The position numbers were made by a program, and so were the translations under genes. Of a DNA stretch of 64,000 nt, positions 24,301 to 37,502 are shown piece by piece (position 1 is the stretch's first letter; the number at the start of each line of letters is the position of its first letter). The DNA is taken from NCBI GenBank assembly GCA_039804105.1, contig JBDRZU010000001.1:544001-608000 (forward strand), given 5' to 3'. Origin of the DNA: a candidate division WOR-3 bacterium (GTDB lineage: Bacteria; Hydrothermota; 32-111). The notes beneath the pieces are model-generated. The model was given only the letters and a program-made list of their open reading frames with translations. It was not told the DNA's origin and made no database searches.

Positions 24301-25076
24301 AAATTTTGACCATCTTTTACAAATTTTTCAACAAGAATATCAGGAAATTTTTTTATATCCTCACTTCCAACAAAATTCAAATTTTCTTCTTTAACAAGAC
24401 CTTTTTTCAAAGATAAAACTTTGTATATCTGTATAGGGTCTTTTTTCCCTTTTACCATAACGGGCTCAAGTTTTTCAAATTCAAAAATATCTTTTATATG
24501 TTTATAGGTATTTTCAGATATGATTATTTCTCCTGATTTTGCGATTCCTTCGAGTCGTGAAGTAAGGTTAACATTATCTCCCATTATTGTGTATTCCATT
24601 CTGTCATCAACTCCCATATTGAGTGCAACAACTTCACCTGTATTTATTCCAATATGCATCGTGACTTTTACATATTCACCTTTTGCATAAACAGGTTCAA
24701 TCGTTTCCATTTCCTTTTGCATCTCAAGAGCAGCCCTAACTGCTCTTTCAGGATCATCAGAATGAGCAACAGGTGCTCCAAAAACAACAAGAACTGCATC
24801 ACCTATAAATTTATCAACATCACCACCATATTTATCAACAATTCTGACCATCTTTTTAAAATATTTGTTTATGACTTTGATAACATCCTCAGGATCAAGA
24901 CGTTCAGACAATGCGGTAAATCCGGAAATGTCACCAAAAAGAACCGTTACAACTCTTCTTTCAGAATCAACTTTTACCTCATAAGGATTTGAAAGTATCT
25001 TTTCCACAATTCTTTTCGGGAGATATTTTTTAAAGGATTCAAGTGATGCTTTCAAAAATTCTTTTTCTTTATCCAT
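21285..25076 (-). CDS. Class III adenylate cyclase + P-loop NTPase + TPR repeat protein
   Basis: VLFGDISGFT, DKFIGDA, YTIMGDNVNLTSRLE (K and T indicate ATP specificity), Walker A GDEGCGKT, many TPRs. Start moved to ATG 25076 because the longer ORF runs into the tRNA. Confidence 0.9.
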   Translation of the reverse strand: MDKEKEFLKASLESFKKYLPKRIVEKILSNPYEVKVDSERRVVTVLFGDISGFTALSERLDPEDVIKVINKYFKKMVRIVDKYGGDVDKFIGDAVLVVFGAPVAHSDDPERAVRAALEMQKEMETIEPVYAKGEYVKVTMHIGINTGEVVALNMGVDDRMEYTIMGDNVNLTSRLEGIAKSGEIIISENTYKHIKDIFEFEKLEPVMVKGKKDPIQIYKVLSLKKGLVKEENLNFVGSEDIKKFPDILVEKFVKDGQNFSLFIKGDEGCGKTKYCSLLFDKFDRKNVKIFQLSGQTFFQNIPFKKLKDFVEGQLKIDETDSVELIKNKIDNSLLPDERDGFYLLFGLVDSNNDEKVFNLKVFETSKRFLEKSIGSEKTLFLIDDFDLFDDHSKNIFLKLFNNLLERKNFSTIISSKENIDFNFTDKVVLGSLDFENFKELVEIKSSKRFDEEGIEYLFKRSEGNPKKFVEIFKFLNEKNFLEEKDGNLFIKEEGKKVIPDSLKSIFVSKIDSLKESDKKVIQYTSVLGYRFKKSEVTQYFNFPQKDVDESFKILTDKGFLEFYDKDTYYFSSELFYESVYNSLSFDKRKILHKNIGDYIEKKYFDKNEEILRKLSFHYSKSDDFEKASFYLEKVGDLDSKLFSYKQSVENYSNAISLLEREKRFDRMIPVVIKVVNVLINTGSFNRALELLKEKREIFLYNEEKEIDYLLLEGMIYDRIGEYNRSEEIYKEALKKSLNLKNKQILSKIYNSLGILKSFEGKYEESLEYYNLSLDISIKENNKSDTGSLYLNIGKIHLEQNRFDEAKKYFELSYDLFKDINDKKKQLLSLINLGTVYDLTGNYEKAEKLYQEALKLSLIVKDEIETARIENNLGTIKFLTGKYDDAIKSYQISIKIFEKYEELKGLSEIYSNMGEINFLLGEFEISKEYYEKSLNLCEKTSHKHLKTYTSLNYANLLSFLGYLEKSEEMILTNKDYIEKNNLVDLKIISLNILAKINGLKSYLEKEKELVLEGINLAKKYGIKELEFNLYSTLIKTLIEENQLEQAKILANDVLEYAEKNNNEILVADILASLADIHIRTQDIESISEISSKSFEISQKTKSKLSLLRTYISLSRFYLLTEDFTSCEDILKEAEKIGERIGSLEHILIIRKISDDLYTKLKKDNLRYISLLKGVSTVEKYIARAGMVNRENLIQKRGFINFYKHLFDIMLKMFDVDFIANVVKDFDKNIVIEVLKDFYTIESKNKTKIKNLLKFIGEIQDEKNS

Positions 25077-25085
25077 AAACCCCTC

Positions 25086-25170
25086 TGTCGAAGGGGGGAT
25101 TTGAACCCCCACAGAGTTGCCCCTATTAGAACCTGAATCTAACGCGTCTACCAGATTCCGCCACTTCGAC
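25086..25170 (-). tRNA. tRNA-Leu(CAG), CCA not encoded
   Basis: Acceptor GTCGAAG/CTTCGAC-A, D arm GGCGGAATCTGGTAGACGC, anticodon arm TTAGA-TTCAGGT-TCTAA, long variable arm, T-loop GTTCAAATC. Confidence 0.95.
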
Positions 25171-25183
25171 TCTCATCAGGTGT

Positions 25184-25211
25184 ATTATAACAGGATTAAT
25201 TTTTTTATCAA
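25184..25211 (-). promoter_or_regulatory. Promoter for tRNA-Leu and cyclase gene
   Basis: TTGATA-N16-TATAAT with extended -10 TGn. Confidence 0.65.
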
Positions 25212-25223
25212 TATGGTGATTTT

Positions 25224-28200
25224 TTATCCAAGTAATTCTTTCACTTTTTTCAAAAGGTCAAAACTCCTGAACGGTTTTAAAATGAAAGGTATGTTTGATA
25301 GATCTATACCATTATCTTTAAACGCATTGTCAGTGTATCCTGACATAAAAAGGATTTTAAGATTACCTCTTATACTTTTTAATTCTTTATACAGAAGGTG
25401 TCCATTCATTTTAGGCATTATCATATCGGAGATAACAAGGTCATAAAAATTATTTCTAAATTTTTCCAGCGCTTCCTCTCCATCCTTTGCGATATCAACA
25501 ATGTATCCATTTTTTGTCAATATTTCATACACAGCATTTCTCAAAAACTCCTCATCCTCAACAAGAAGGATTTTATTTCCAGAACCTTTTAATTTAGCAT
25601 CCGTTTTTGTCTCTTTGAAAGTTTCAATTTTTTTATCAGTTAATGGGAAATAGATTTTAAATGTTGTTCCCACACCTTTTTCAGAGTAAACATTTATATA
25701 TCCTTTTGCCTGTTTTACTATTCCATAAACAACTGAAAGTCCAAGTCCGGTACCTTTTTCACCTTTTGTTGTAAAGAACGGATCAAAAATTTTTGACATT
25801 ATTTCTTTTTCAATCCCTTTCCCAGTATCAGAAAAGGAGACCATCACATATCTACCTTCATCTACACCATAATGTTTTTTTACATATTCATCATCAAGGT
25901 TAACTTCCTTCGTTTGAATGATTATCTTTCCATTACCTTCTATCGCATCCCTTGCGTTTGCAGCAAGGTTCATAAAGATCTGTTCAAGATAAATCCTGTC
26001 AATAATAATATTCCCCAGATTCTCTTCTGGATAGAAAAAGATTTCTATATTCTCTCCGATAAGTTTTTTCAAAAAAGGAATAATATCTTTGAAAAATAGA
26101 TTTAGATTTAACACTTCAGGATTTGCAACCTGCTCTTTACCAAAAATGAGAAGTTTTTTTGAAAGTTTTGCTCCATCGTGTGCAACATTAACGATCGTTT
26201 CAAGATTTCTTTTTAAAAGATCATCGTTTTCAACCTTTTCAAGAGAAAGTTCAGCGTTAGCCATTATCACACTTAAAAGATTGTTAAAATCATGTGCTAT
26301 ACCACCTGCAAATTTTCCAAATGTTTCAAGTTTTTGTGATTGGTACAATTGATCCTGAAGATTTTTAATTTCCTTTTCTCTCTTTACTTTCTCATCTATA
26401 TCTCTTACAAAAGCAAGTATGATCTTCTGTTCTTTATCGAGTAAAGTTAAACTTATTTCACATTCAAAATTTGTTCCATCATCTCTTTTATGTATCCAGT
26501 TAAAAATTTTATTTTCGCCTTCAAGAACACCTTTTATCCAGTATTTTGCTTTTTCTTTTGAAAGTATATTGTCAGGTTGATATTCTGGTGAAAGATCGTA
26601 AGGTGTTTTTCCAACCATAAACTTTTTCGGTAAACCGAAAATCTCCTGCGATTTTTTGTTACAATCGATGATCACATCATTTTGAAGGATCAAAACACCA
26701 TCAGGTGCTGACTCAAAAAGTTCCCTGTAAAATCTCTCTCTTCTTTTAATCTCCTCTTCAAGCAATTTTTTCGATGTTATATCTATAAGTGTTCCAACCA
26801 TTCTTGATGGTTTACCATGTTCATTGTATTCAAAAATTTTTCCTGAAGATTTAAACCAGACATAATCACCATCTTTCTTTTTTAACCTGTACTCAACATC
26901 ATATTTGTCTATTCTTCCAGACAAATACATGTTGAAAGTGTCAATCATACTTTCATAATCATCAGGATGGAGTAAAATTTTCCATTGCTCAATATTTTTT
27001 TCTATCTCATTTTCATCATAACCTAAAATCTCATTCAACCTTTCAGAATAATCTATCTTGCCTGTTTCGATATTAAGATCCCAGAAGATCTCTTCACTTC
27101 CTTCAAGTGCAAGTTTTAACCTTTCCTCTGATTCTTTTAAACTCTTTTCCAACTCCTTTCTTTTACTTATGTCTCTTACAAGAACTATAAACCTTTTAAA
27201 CCCCATTATCTCAACAAACCTTATACTGACTTCAGAGAAAAAAAATGTTCCATCTTTTCTCTTCGAAAACCATTCAAAGGTTGTTTCCCCTTTCTCTTTT
27301 GCTTCGTTCAGGTGTTTTATTGCATCTTCCATCGAGTATGGTGGTTTTCCATAACTTAGATCATTTATCGATGCATTTAAAACTTCTTCGTAAGAGTAAC
27401 CAAACATTTCGCATGTCTTTTTGTTCACATCAATTATTCTGTAATTTTCATCATGAATAACCAAAGCATCTGTTAGAGAATCAAAAATATGTTTCAAATA
27501 TTCCGTTGTTCCTTTTAATCTATTTTCATATTCGAGTTTTTCAGTTACATCAAAAATTATTGAATGTAAAAAGTGTTTACCTTTATAATCATAACCTCTT
27601 GAGTAAACCTCAACATCCCTTATCCTTCCATCCTTCAATCTATATTTAAAAATGAAAAAGTTCTGTTTCCTTTCCCTTGCTTCCCTCATCCTATTCTTTA
27701 TCTCTCGATCTGGAAGTATGTTTATCTGGTTTATATTCATCTTTTTCATCTCATCGTAAGTATAACCATAAAATTGTAAAGCAGCATCGTTGAAATCAAC
27801 GATTTCTCCGGTATCTGAATCAACCAAAAGGTTAACAGTGTTATGTTCTTTAAACGACTTTCTGAAAAGTTCTTCACTTTCAAGAATCTGCTTTTCCAAA
27901 TTCTTTTTTTCGGTTATATCTATACCAAAAGAAATTGTTCCTAAAATTTTATCCCCATCTCTCTTAATACTGTTTCTCCAGAGTATATATTTTAAACTAC
28001 CATCTTTACTCTTTATGGGATTTTCATAGGTTTCTCTGATAATTTTAAATTGTTTGAAATCATTGAAAACTTCATCAACGTTTTTTTATACTCATCGGGG
28101 ATAAAAGTTTCAAACCAGTTTTTACCTAAAACCTCTTCTCTCTTATAACCTGTTACATTTTCTGATTCCTCGTTCATATCGAGGATGTTCCCACCTCTAT

Positions 28201-28858
28201 CAAGTTCTACATAGATAATGTTTGCTTTGTCTATTATCTCTTTTTGAAGAGAAATTCTTTTTTCAAGTTCTCTTTTTGTGAAATTATATTTTAAAACATA
28301 GTTTGTGATAAGAAAACTTATCATTGTGGTCAGTGGATAAAAAGTCATCAAAGGGAAAAATATTATTTTGATTTTTGAAAATCCGGAAAAGAAAGGGAAA
28401 ATAAAAATTTGCGAAAATAGCATCGCAAAAGATAATACATATGAAAAAATAATTGAAACAAAAAGGTTTTTCCAAAATCCCCATCTGATAACTTTCTTAT
28501 AAAAAAATCTTCTGAAAACATAACCTGCAAAACCACATAGAATTATCGTTAATATCCCTGCTAATATCCCATTCCCTCCAATATAAATTCTATACAATGT
28601 GGCAAAAAATATGGTCAAAATAAGAGGGATAAAACCACCATAAAAACCAGCAAAACCAAGAACGATAGATCTACCATCGTAAACAACACCTTCTGCTAAT
28701 TTCCATGAAAACCTCATCGTCGCAAGAGCAATAAAAGAAAAAACAAAACCTAACACTATCTGCCATCTTTTTTTCTTAACATCAGCAATTCTATCGATAA
28801 GTGGGATAAGTAACATTAAATGTAAGATTAATATTAAATCGAATAAAAGTTTATTCAT
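25224..28858 (-). pseudogene. 5TMR-LYT/multi-PAS hybrid histidine kinase, frameshifted at an A7 run (ORFs 28013-28858 and 25224-27899)
   Basis: One extra A at 28081-28087 joins both ORFs through a complete PAS/PAC. H-box GIAHDFNNLL, HATPase and C-terminal receiver; N-terminal GVVYDGRSIV is typical of 5TMR-LYT. Confidence 0.85.
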
Positions 28859-28918
28859 AACTCCCTTTATTGAATTATATCATTATGAAAAGGTAAAGTC
28901 AAATAGTGAAGTAAAAAA

Positions 28919-30811
28919 TTATATCTTTAAAAATTTCACATTAAAAGTTCTATTTTCCTTTCTCACAGAAATAAAATTAACTCCATTTTTTATATCACAT
29001 TTAACCAAATTAACTCCCTTTTTCAAAAAGATACTTTTACTATAAAAAACTCTGCCTGCTTTATCAAAAATTTTTATATCATAAATCCCTTCTTCTTCAA
29101 CAAGAAGTTTCAAACTATTTTCTTCTTTTAAAATATTTGATAACAATTTTATTGATAAACAGTTATTAACTTTGTTTTTATTTCCTATTCCATAAAAACT
29201 GCCCCAATATCCAACCGAGTCCCACACAAAGGAAGGATCAAACACATTTATAATTTTCCAGTAAACCGAATCGAGTGATCCAGCCACACCTGAGATATGC
29301 AGAAAACCATTTATTCCATCATTGTCGACTATATATTTTGAACATTCAACACTGATAAGATTCGCATTTGGAATCACTGTTGCTCTGTAAATATTTTTAT
29401 CACTTGCAAACCTTAACATCTCAACACTCGTTTTTGAAGTCAGATAATCAAGGTATACCACATAAATTTCTTCTGTGTAAGGATCATATGTTAAGTTGGC
29501 ACTATAACAGTAACCTCTATTTGTTGGTGTAAGACCTGTTGAATCAAGGATATTTTTATCATGAAGATCAACATAAACATATTTAAAGTTTTTTGATGTA
29601 TCATCTTTCATTCCAAAAATCAAAGATCTTCCCTGATGGATAAAAGTTGAAAGATCATTATCATTGTTAAGATAATAATCAACAAAAAGATCAGCAACTG
29701 GAAGAGCATAAAATATTCTGTTTTCTTCAGGATAATACTGTGCATCCCACCAGTACCACCATGTTCCAAATCCAAAAGCAAGTGTGTCTCCAAACTGGTT
29801 TTTCCAGTTTCCCTCATTTTCATCTAAAAACGCTTTTACAACTACAGGGTCATTTGAACTGTTGTTTGTTGTATCGAGAAAATATAAAATCGTATCACCA
29901 TTTATACTTGAAATCTCTGGCCAGATATCACCATTGAAAACTCCATTGAATCCATTCCAGTTAAATCCAAAATCATCACTCTGAGAAAAGGCAAATGAGA
30001 ACGAAGTCCCTTTTCCACTACCAACAAGATCAGATCTAATTTCATTTTTCCATGAAGTTTGAGTTGTTATATAAGTTAAGCCATTTCCATATCTGATATT
30101 GAATACAGATATTTCAGAAATCGTATCATAATCAAGTCCTGTATAAGATATATCCTGTTCCCAGTTAACACCAGAATCGAATGAGCGTTTTAATAAAAAT
30201 TTGTTTTCGAGAACATCAAGAGACAAAATCAAACAACTATCACCTAAATGATTTGATGTTATTGAGGGTGAAAAATCATATTTTGTTGTATCACTCAAAA
30301 ACATAGGATAGGTAAGTTTGGTATACATTATCGATGTGTCTTTCATAAAATAGACACCATAATTTCCATAAATATCTGCACAACTGTAAACAATATATAA
30401 ATCTTGATTCCCTGTAAGTTCCATCTCACCATAGATCCTTGTAGAATTTGAAAAATCTGAATTGATCAAACTTGTTGGAGCACTCCAAATAGATCCAAAA
30501 TTTGAAGTTTTTGAATAAAAAATGTTATCAAAAGCAAAACCGTTAAAATGTGATGCAAAAACTCCACAATAATAACCATCTTCAGACACAACAATATTTT
30601 TTAACATTGGTGGAGCAAAACCTCTTAAATCCTTACCTTCAAGAATGCCAATCATACCTGAACTCTGTGCATCACTATCTTTTATGTCAATTTTTTGGTC
30701 AAAAGGTATCGTTGATTCTTTCCATATCTTTTCTCTCAATTCCACTGAAGGAACAGCAAATACATTTATGATAAAAACTAAAATTAAAACAAACAATAAA
30801 ATTTTTTTCAT
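28919..30811 (-). CDS. Secreted protein with Asp-box/BNR-like repeats and T9SS-like CTD
   Basis: Signal peptide; TSNFGSIW, SFDSGVNW and SDDFGFNW repeats; CTD IFDKAGR...GVNF. Confidence 0.75.
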   Translation of the reverse strand: MKKILLFVLILVFIINVFAVPSVELREKIWKESTIPFDQKIDIKDSDAQSSGMIGILEGKDLRGFAPPMLKNIVVSEDGYYCGVFASHFNGFAFDNIFYSKTSNFGSIWSAPTSLINSDFSNSTRIYGEMELTGNQDLYIVYSCADIYGNYGVYFMKDTSIMYTKLTYPMFLSDTTKYDFSPSITSNHLGDSCLILSLDVLENKFLLKRSFDSGVNWEQDISYTGLDYDTISEISVFNIRYGNGLTYITTQTSWKNEIRSDLVGSGKGTSFSFAFSQSDDFGFNWNGFNGVFNGDIWPEISSINGDTILYFLDTTNNSSNDPVVVKAFLDENEGNWKNQFGDTLAFGFGTWWYWWDAQYYPEENRIFYALPVADLFVDYYLNNDNDLSTFIHQGRSLIFGMKDDTSKNFKYVYVDLHDKNILDSTGLTPTNRGYCYSANLTYDPYTEEIYVVYLDYLTSKTSVEMLRFASDKNIYRATVIPNANLISVECSKYIVDNDGINGFLHISGVAGSLDSVYWKIINVFDPSFVWDSVGYWGSFYGIGNKNKVNNCLSIKLLSNILKEENSLKLLVEEEGIYDIKIFDKAGRVFYSKSIFLKKGVNLVKCDIKNGVNFISVRKENRTFNVKFLKI

Positions 30812-30842
30812 ACTCTCTCCTTTTTATTTAACTAAAACTTTT

Positions 30843-33128
30843 TCACCTCATTTTTATAATTTTTCTATTTATTATCTCTTCTCCTTTTCTCATCCTCACA
30901 AAATATACCCCATTTCCATATACATTCATATCTATTATGCCTTCTCTTCCCTTACTCTCATCCCGTTTTGCTATCACCCTACCCATCACATCATACACCT
31001 CTATCTCAAATCTTTCCCCTTCTTTCACACTATAACACAAAACTCCTCCCCTGTATCTCAAACTCAACCCATCTCTATCTATCTCCTCTCCATCTATTCC
31101 ACTAAAATATAACTCCCCTCTTATCACTCCTGTTGTCACCACTCTCTCATTCAACCATTCATCCTTTATCACTCCATTATCAACATATACACTATCTCCA
31201 ACACTCACTGTTGGTCTATTACCCCCAGCGCTCAATTGCACCACCAGTTTATCTTTCCCATTATATCTCAACCACTTCGCACCATATATCTCTCCAAATT
31301 TATCTCTCCAGCTATGTCCTCCACTCAACCTCAACACCTCATCTATATTATCCTCCGTTATCTCCGGCATCGTTGTCTTCTCATTAAAATATACACTCAC
31401 TATATTCCTGTCATATATACTTACATACTTCGCCGCTATCGAATCTATCTCCACTTTGTATCTGTATGCCCCTTTTAGCATCAATTTATACCTGTTACTA
31501 TCTCCATATATCCATGCACTATCAAGATATCTCCCAGAACTATCCCCCTTAAACCATATCTCTTTCCCCACTCTCTCCCCTACCCATATAAGTTCAGGAA
31601 AACTCCCCTTCACTCCATAACACTCACTCTCAAACACTATTGAATCCAACTTTATCGTATCATACCCAACATTGCAAAACTTTATCTCTTTATACAATGT
31701 GTCTCCATTTACACTACTCCCGAATATCAGTGTATCCACATCTCTTGCCAATTCAACATTGTCTACATCAACCTGCAATCTCCTGTATTCAAATACATAA
31801 GTCCTCTGATACTCCTCCGGTGTATATTCTGTCGGATAGGGCGGTGGACACCAGTAATCATGCCCCGAAAATAAAACCTCTTTCATCCCATTACCATTAA
31901 AATCATAAGCCCTCACTGTACTGCACAGCGTCTGATATGTGCTATCCGTCCATTCATATATCTTCCCATATATATCACCACCATAATTCTTCCATATCTC
32001 AACATGCCTCCCTCCATTTATCAAGATATCCTCCAGTCCATCTCCATCAATATCTCCACAATCACATCCAGCACCTGAACTCAATAAATCCGCATTAGCC
32101 CATACCGTTATATTCGGATTAGGCGGGGAACTACACTCTGTTGTCCACTTTATCTCAAGTATATCCTTCTCTGGATTGTATTCAACAAGATAATATCTGT
32201 AATATTGATACAATGTAAGTCCATCCATATACCAGGAATTCGCCAATAAAATTTCATTATATCCATTCCCGTTTATATCGTTTGTAATAATCATTTTTCT
32301 TAACAGCGGATCATTATAATTCCAGACACTAAATCTTATACTATCTTTAAAATTAAATGAATCACCTGTCTTATCGGTTGCTTCATACCACAAGATTTTA
32401 CTACTAGCATAAAAGTTGGTTGCAATTATTACATCAACAAGTCCATTATTATTTAAATTTCCTACAATTACAGGTTCTTTTAACTGCACCGTCTCAGCAA
32501 ATGTGTGTGTCAACTCAAGAGTGTTTTCATCAACATACTCCAAATACCCCCATCCATAACTCCGTGTCCTTGTGGTTATACCCGGTAAACCAACCCACAC
32601 CAGTCTGTCTATTGAATCCCCTTTCAACTCGTTCGTTATATCCAATGGACCAAATGAATAAGTCGTATCCGCCAACCATAAAACCTGTTTCGTTGTATCC
32701 GGAAACTCTTCCCTGCTCTTCTGTTCAAGTATATGAATATTAATGTTTTTATTTACTACTCTCATTATTTCTACCATCTCATATAAACCATCATTATCAA
32801 AATCCCCTATTCCAATTGGAGCTGTAAAAGTAGTATCCTCTAAACTTGCCGGATGTGGAAAAACAATCCTGTAGACCTCTTCAAAATGGTATCCCCCTTC
32901 TCTCCTGTATTCAAAAAAAGGATGATAGGGATAAATATCTCCTATTTTGAAATGAGCAGTATGTAATATTAATTCTTCTATACCATTATTGTTAAAATCA
33001 AATTTACCTATCGAAAACCATCCTGGATTTACTAAAGCTCCATGGGGAATCGTTGTCAACATCTCAAAATCAGCATATACAAAAATCACTATCGATAACA
33101 TTATCACCAAAACAATCACCCACTTCAT
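30843..33128 (-). CDS. Secreted FG-GAP/VCBS-repeat protein with Ig-like domain and T9SS-like CTD
   Basis: DFNNNGIEE, DFDNDGLYE, DINGNGYNE, DIDGDGLED and DFNGNGMKE loops; CTD VYDVMGR...GVYF. Confidence 0.8.
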   Translation of the reverse strand: MKWVIVLVIMLSIVIFVYADFEMLTTIPHGALVNPGWFSIGKFDFNNNGIEELILHTAHFKIGDIYPYHPFFEYRREGGYHFEEVYRIVFPHPASLEDTTFTAPIGIGDFDNDGLYEMVEIMRVVNKNINIHILEQKSREEFPDTTKQVLWLADTTYSFGPLDITNELKGDSIDRLVWVGLPGITTRTRSYGWGYLEYVDENTLELTHTFAETVQLKEPVIVGNLNNNGLVDVIIATNFYASSKILWYEATDKTGDSFNFKDSIRFSVWNYNDPLLRKMIITNDINGNGYNEILLANSWYMDGLTLYQYYRYYLVEYNPEKDILEIKWTTECSSPPNPNITVWANADLLSSGAGCDCGDIDGDGLEDILINGGRHVEIWKNYGGDIYGKIYEWTDSTYQTLCSTVRAYDFNGNGMKEVLFSGHDYWCPPPYPTEYTPEEYQRTYVFEYRRLQVDVDNVELARDVDTLIFGSSVNGDTLYKEIKFCNVGYDTIKLDSIVFESECYGVKGSFPELIWVGERVGKEIWFKGDSSGRYLDSAWIYGDSNRYKLMLKGAYRYKVEIDSIAAKYVSIYDRNIVSVYFNEKTTMPEITEDNIDEVLRLSGGHSWRDKFGEIYGAKWLRYNGKDKLVVQLSAGGNRPTVSVGDSVYVDNGVIKDEWLNERVVTTGVIRGELYFSGIDGEEIDRDGLSLRYRGGVLCYSVKEGERFEIEVYDVMGRVIAKRDESKGREGIIDMNVYGNGVYFVRMRKGEEIINRKIIKMR

Positions 33129-33141
33129 ATCTCCCACCTTC

Positions 33142-33164
33142 TAAAAGATAGGGGTATTATACCC

Positions 33165-33170
<6 letters not shown>
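33142..33170 (-). terminator. Terminator-like hairpin over the stop codon of the upstream surface-protein gene
   Basis: AGATAGGGGTA-TAA-TACCCCTATCT followed by TTT on the minus strand. Confidence 0.65.
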
Positions 33171-35941
<2,771 letters not shown>

Positions 35942-36014
35942 TTAACCTCCTTTTTTAGAATATTAAAAAAAAATGAAAAAAAGTCAAGAGAAAAAATATT
36001 TAACAGAATATAAC

Positions 36015-36042
36015 TTGACACAACAGATCAAAAGAATATAAT
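36015..36042 (+). promoter_or_regulatory. Sigma70-type promoter of the symporter-oxidoreductase operon
   Basis: TTGACA-N16-TATAAT followed by an AGGAG RBS. Confidence 0.7.
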
Positions 36043-36076
36043 TTTTCTATTTTAATTTTAACACAGGAGTAAAAAA

Positions 36077-37501
36077 ATGAACATATATTCAATCATAGTT
36101 CTTTTGTATTTTTTGCTTGTTGTTTCAATTTCATTTGTGACAAAAAAGATTGCAGAAAGGTCTTCTGCTGACTATCTGATAGCAGGAAGAAATCTTGGAA
36201 CTTTCGTTTGCGCCGTTGTTGTTGCTGCTGAATGGCTTGGAGGAATGTCAACTATAGGTATAAGTGAAAAGGCATTCAAAACGATGACTTTACAGCCAAT
36301 ACTTTATAACTTTGCAACAGCAACAGGAATGATCATCATCGGATTTACTGTTGCTTACCATTACAGAACAAGGAATGTTCATACTGTAAGTGAGATGTTG
36401 AAATCGATTTTTGGTGAAGAGATTTCAACAATTTCTGCATTTGCATTTTTAATCGCTTACATCGTTCTTTCATATGTTCAACTCCAGACATGCGCAAGTA
36501 TCATAGCACCAATTTTGAAACTTGACTGGACATTGTCAGTTATAATCTCTGCAGCGATAATAACACTCTATACATATATTGGAGGAATGTACGCTTTAAC
36601 AATAACCGGTATAATCCACCTTGTTGCAATGTATTTTGGACTTGGAGTTGCAACAATAATAGGAATAACAAAAATTGGTGGTTTTTCAAACCTACAATCG
36701 ATTTTACAATCACAGGGAGCACCGAATAACCTTTACAACCCATTCACAACTAACTTTTCCGCTGCTTTCAGTTTACTTTTAGGTGGAATTCTCGGCGGAA
36801 TGGCAGGTCAGGCAAGTATTCAACCGATATTTTCTGCAAAGGATCCACAAACTGCGAAAAAAGCCGCTGTTCTTTCTGGAATAATAGTTGCACCTTTCGG
36901 CATAATGACAGGACTTCTGGGACTCCTTGCAAAAACTGGGAAATTCTTTGATCCAGGAGCGATAAAAGCAAATGAAGCACTTGGAACAATACTAACTTCA
37001 GCAACATTCATAAATCCGATTCTTGGTGGAATAGCGCTGGCAGGAGTTATCGCAGCGATACTTTCAACAGTGGGACCTGTGAATTTTGCTGTTGTGACTA
37101 TAGCAACAAAAGATATTTACCAGAATCTTTCGAAAAAGGCAAAGGATGATAAAAAGATTCTTCAAACAGCAAAAAATCTTGTGATACTTATAAACTTTAT
37201 CACGATTCCACTTGCAATACTTTTCAGAAATGCGATTCTTGACACCGCATATATTTCCTATGCGATAAGAGGTATAGGTGCTATTGTTATCCTCTTTGCA
37301 CTTTACCTGAAAGGACTCATAACAAAGACGGGAGTCAAACTTTCATTTATCGGTGGAGTTGTGGTGATATTCTTATGTCTTCTTGGTAAACAGATGAAAT
37401 GGTTTGATATTGATAAAACATATGGTGCTGTTATTTCAACAATAATTTTTATAATAGTCGGTTATGTATGGGATAAATTTATCAAAAAATCGGAGAAATA
37501 A
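36077..37501 (+). CDS. Sodium:solute symporter (SSS/PutP family)
   Basis: Polytopic membrane protein; DYLIAGRNLG, YTYIGG and AAILST motifs. Confidence 0.9.
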   Translation: MNIYSIIVLLYFLLVVSISFVTKKIAERSSADYLIAGRNLGTFVCAVVVAAEWLGGMSTIGISEKAFKTMTLQPILYNFATATGMIIIGFTVAYHYRTRNVHTVSEMLKSIFGEEISTISAFAFLIAYIVLSYVQLQTCASIIAPILKLDWTLSVIISAAIITLYTYIGGMYALTITGIIHLVAMYFGLGVATIIGITKIGGFSNLQSILQSQGAPNNLYNPFTTNFSAAFSLLLGGILGGMAGQASIQPIFSAKDPQTAKKAAVLSGIIVAPFGIMTGLLGLLAKTGKFFDPGAIKANEALGTILTSATFINPILGGIALAGVIAAILSTVGPVNFAVVTIATKDIYQNLSKKAKDDKKILQTAKNLVILINFITIPLAILFRNAILDTAYISYAIRGIGAIVILFALYLKGLITKTGVKLSFIGGVVVIFLCLLGKQMKWFDIDKTYGAVISTIIFIIVGYVWDKFIKKSEK

Positions 37502-37502
37502 G

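Noticed and set aside
25077..25446. ORF-track extension of the cyclase to 25112 and ORF 25117-25446
   Set aside because: Both overlap the tRNA-Leu gene; the second is also antisense to the kinase.
28075..28095. Classical tandem -1 ribosomal frameshift
   Set aside because: The AAAAAAC heptamer is not in the X XXY YYZ phase (codons read AAA AAA ACG), and no stimulatory structure was evident.
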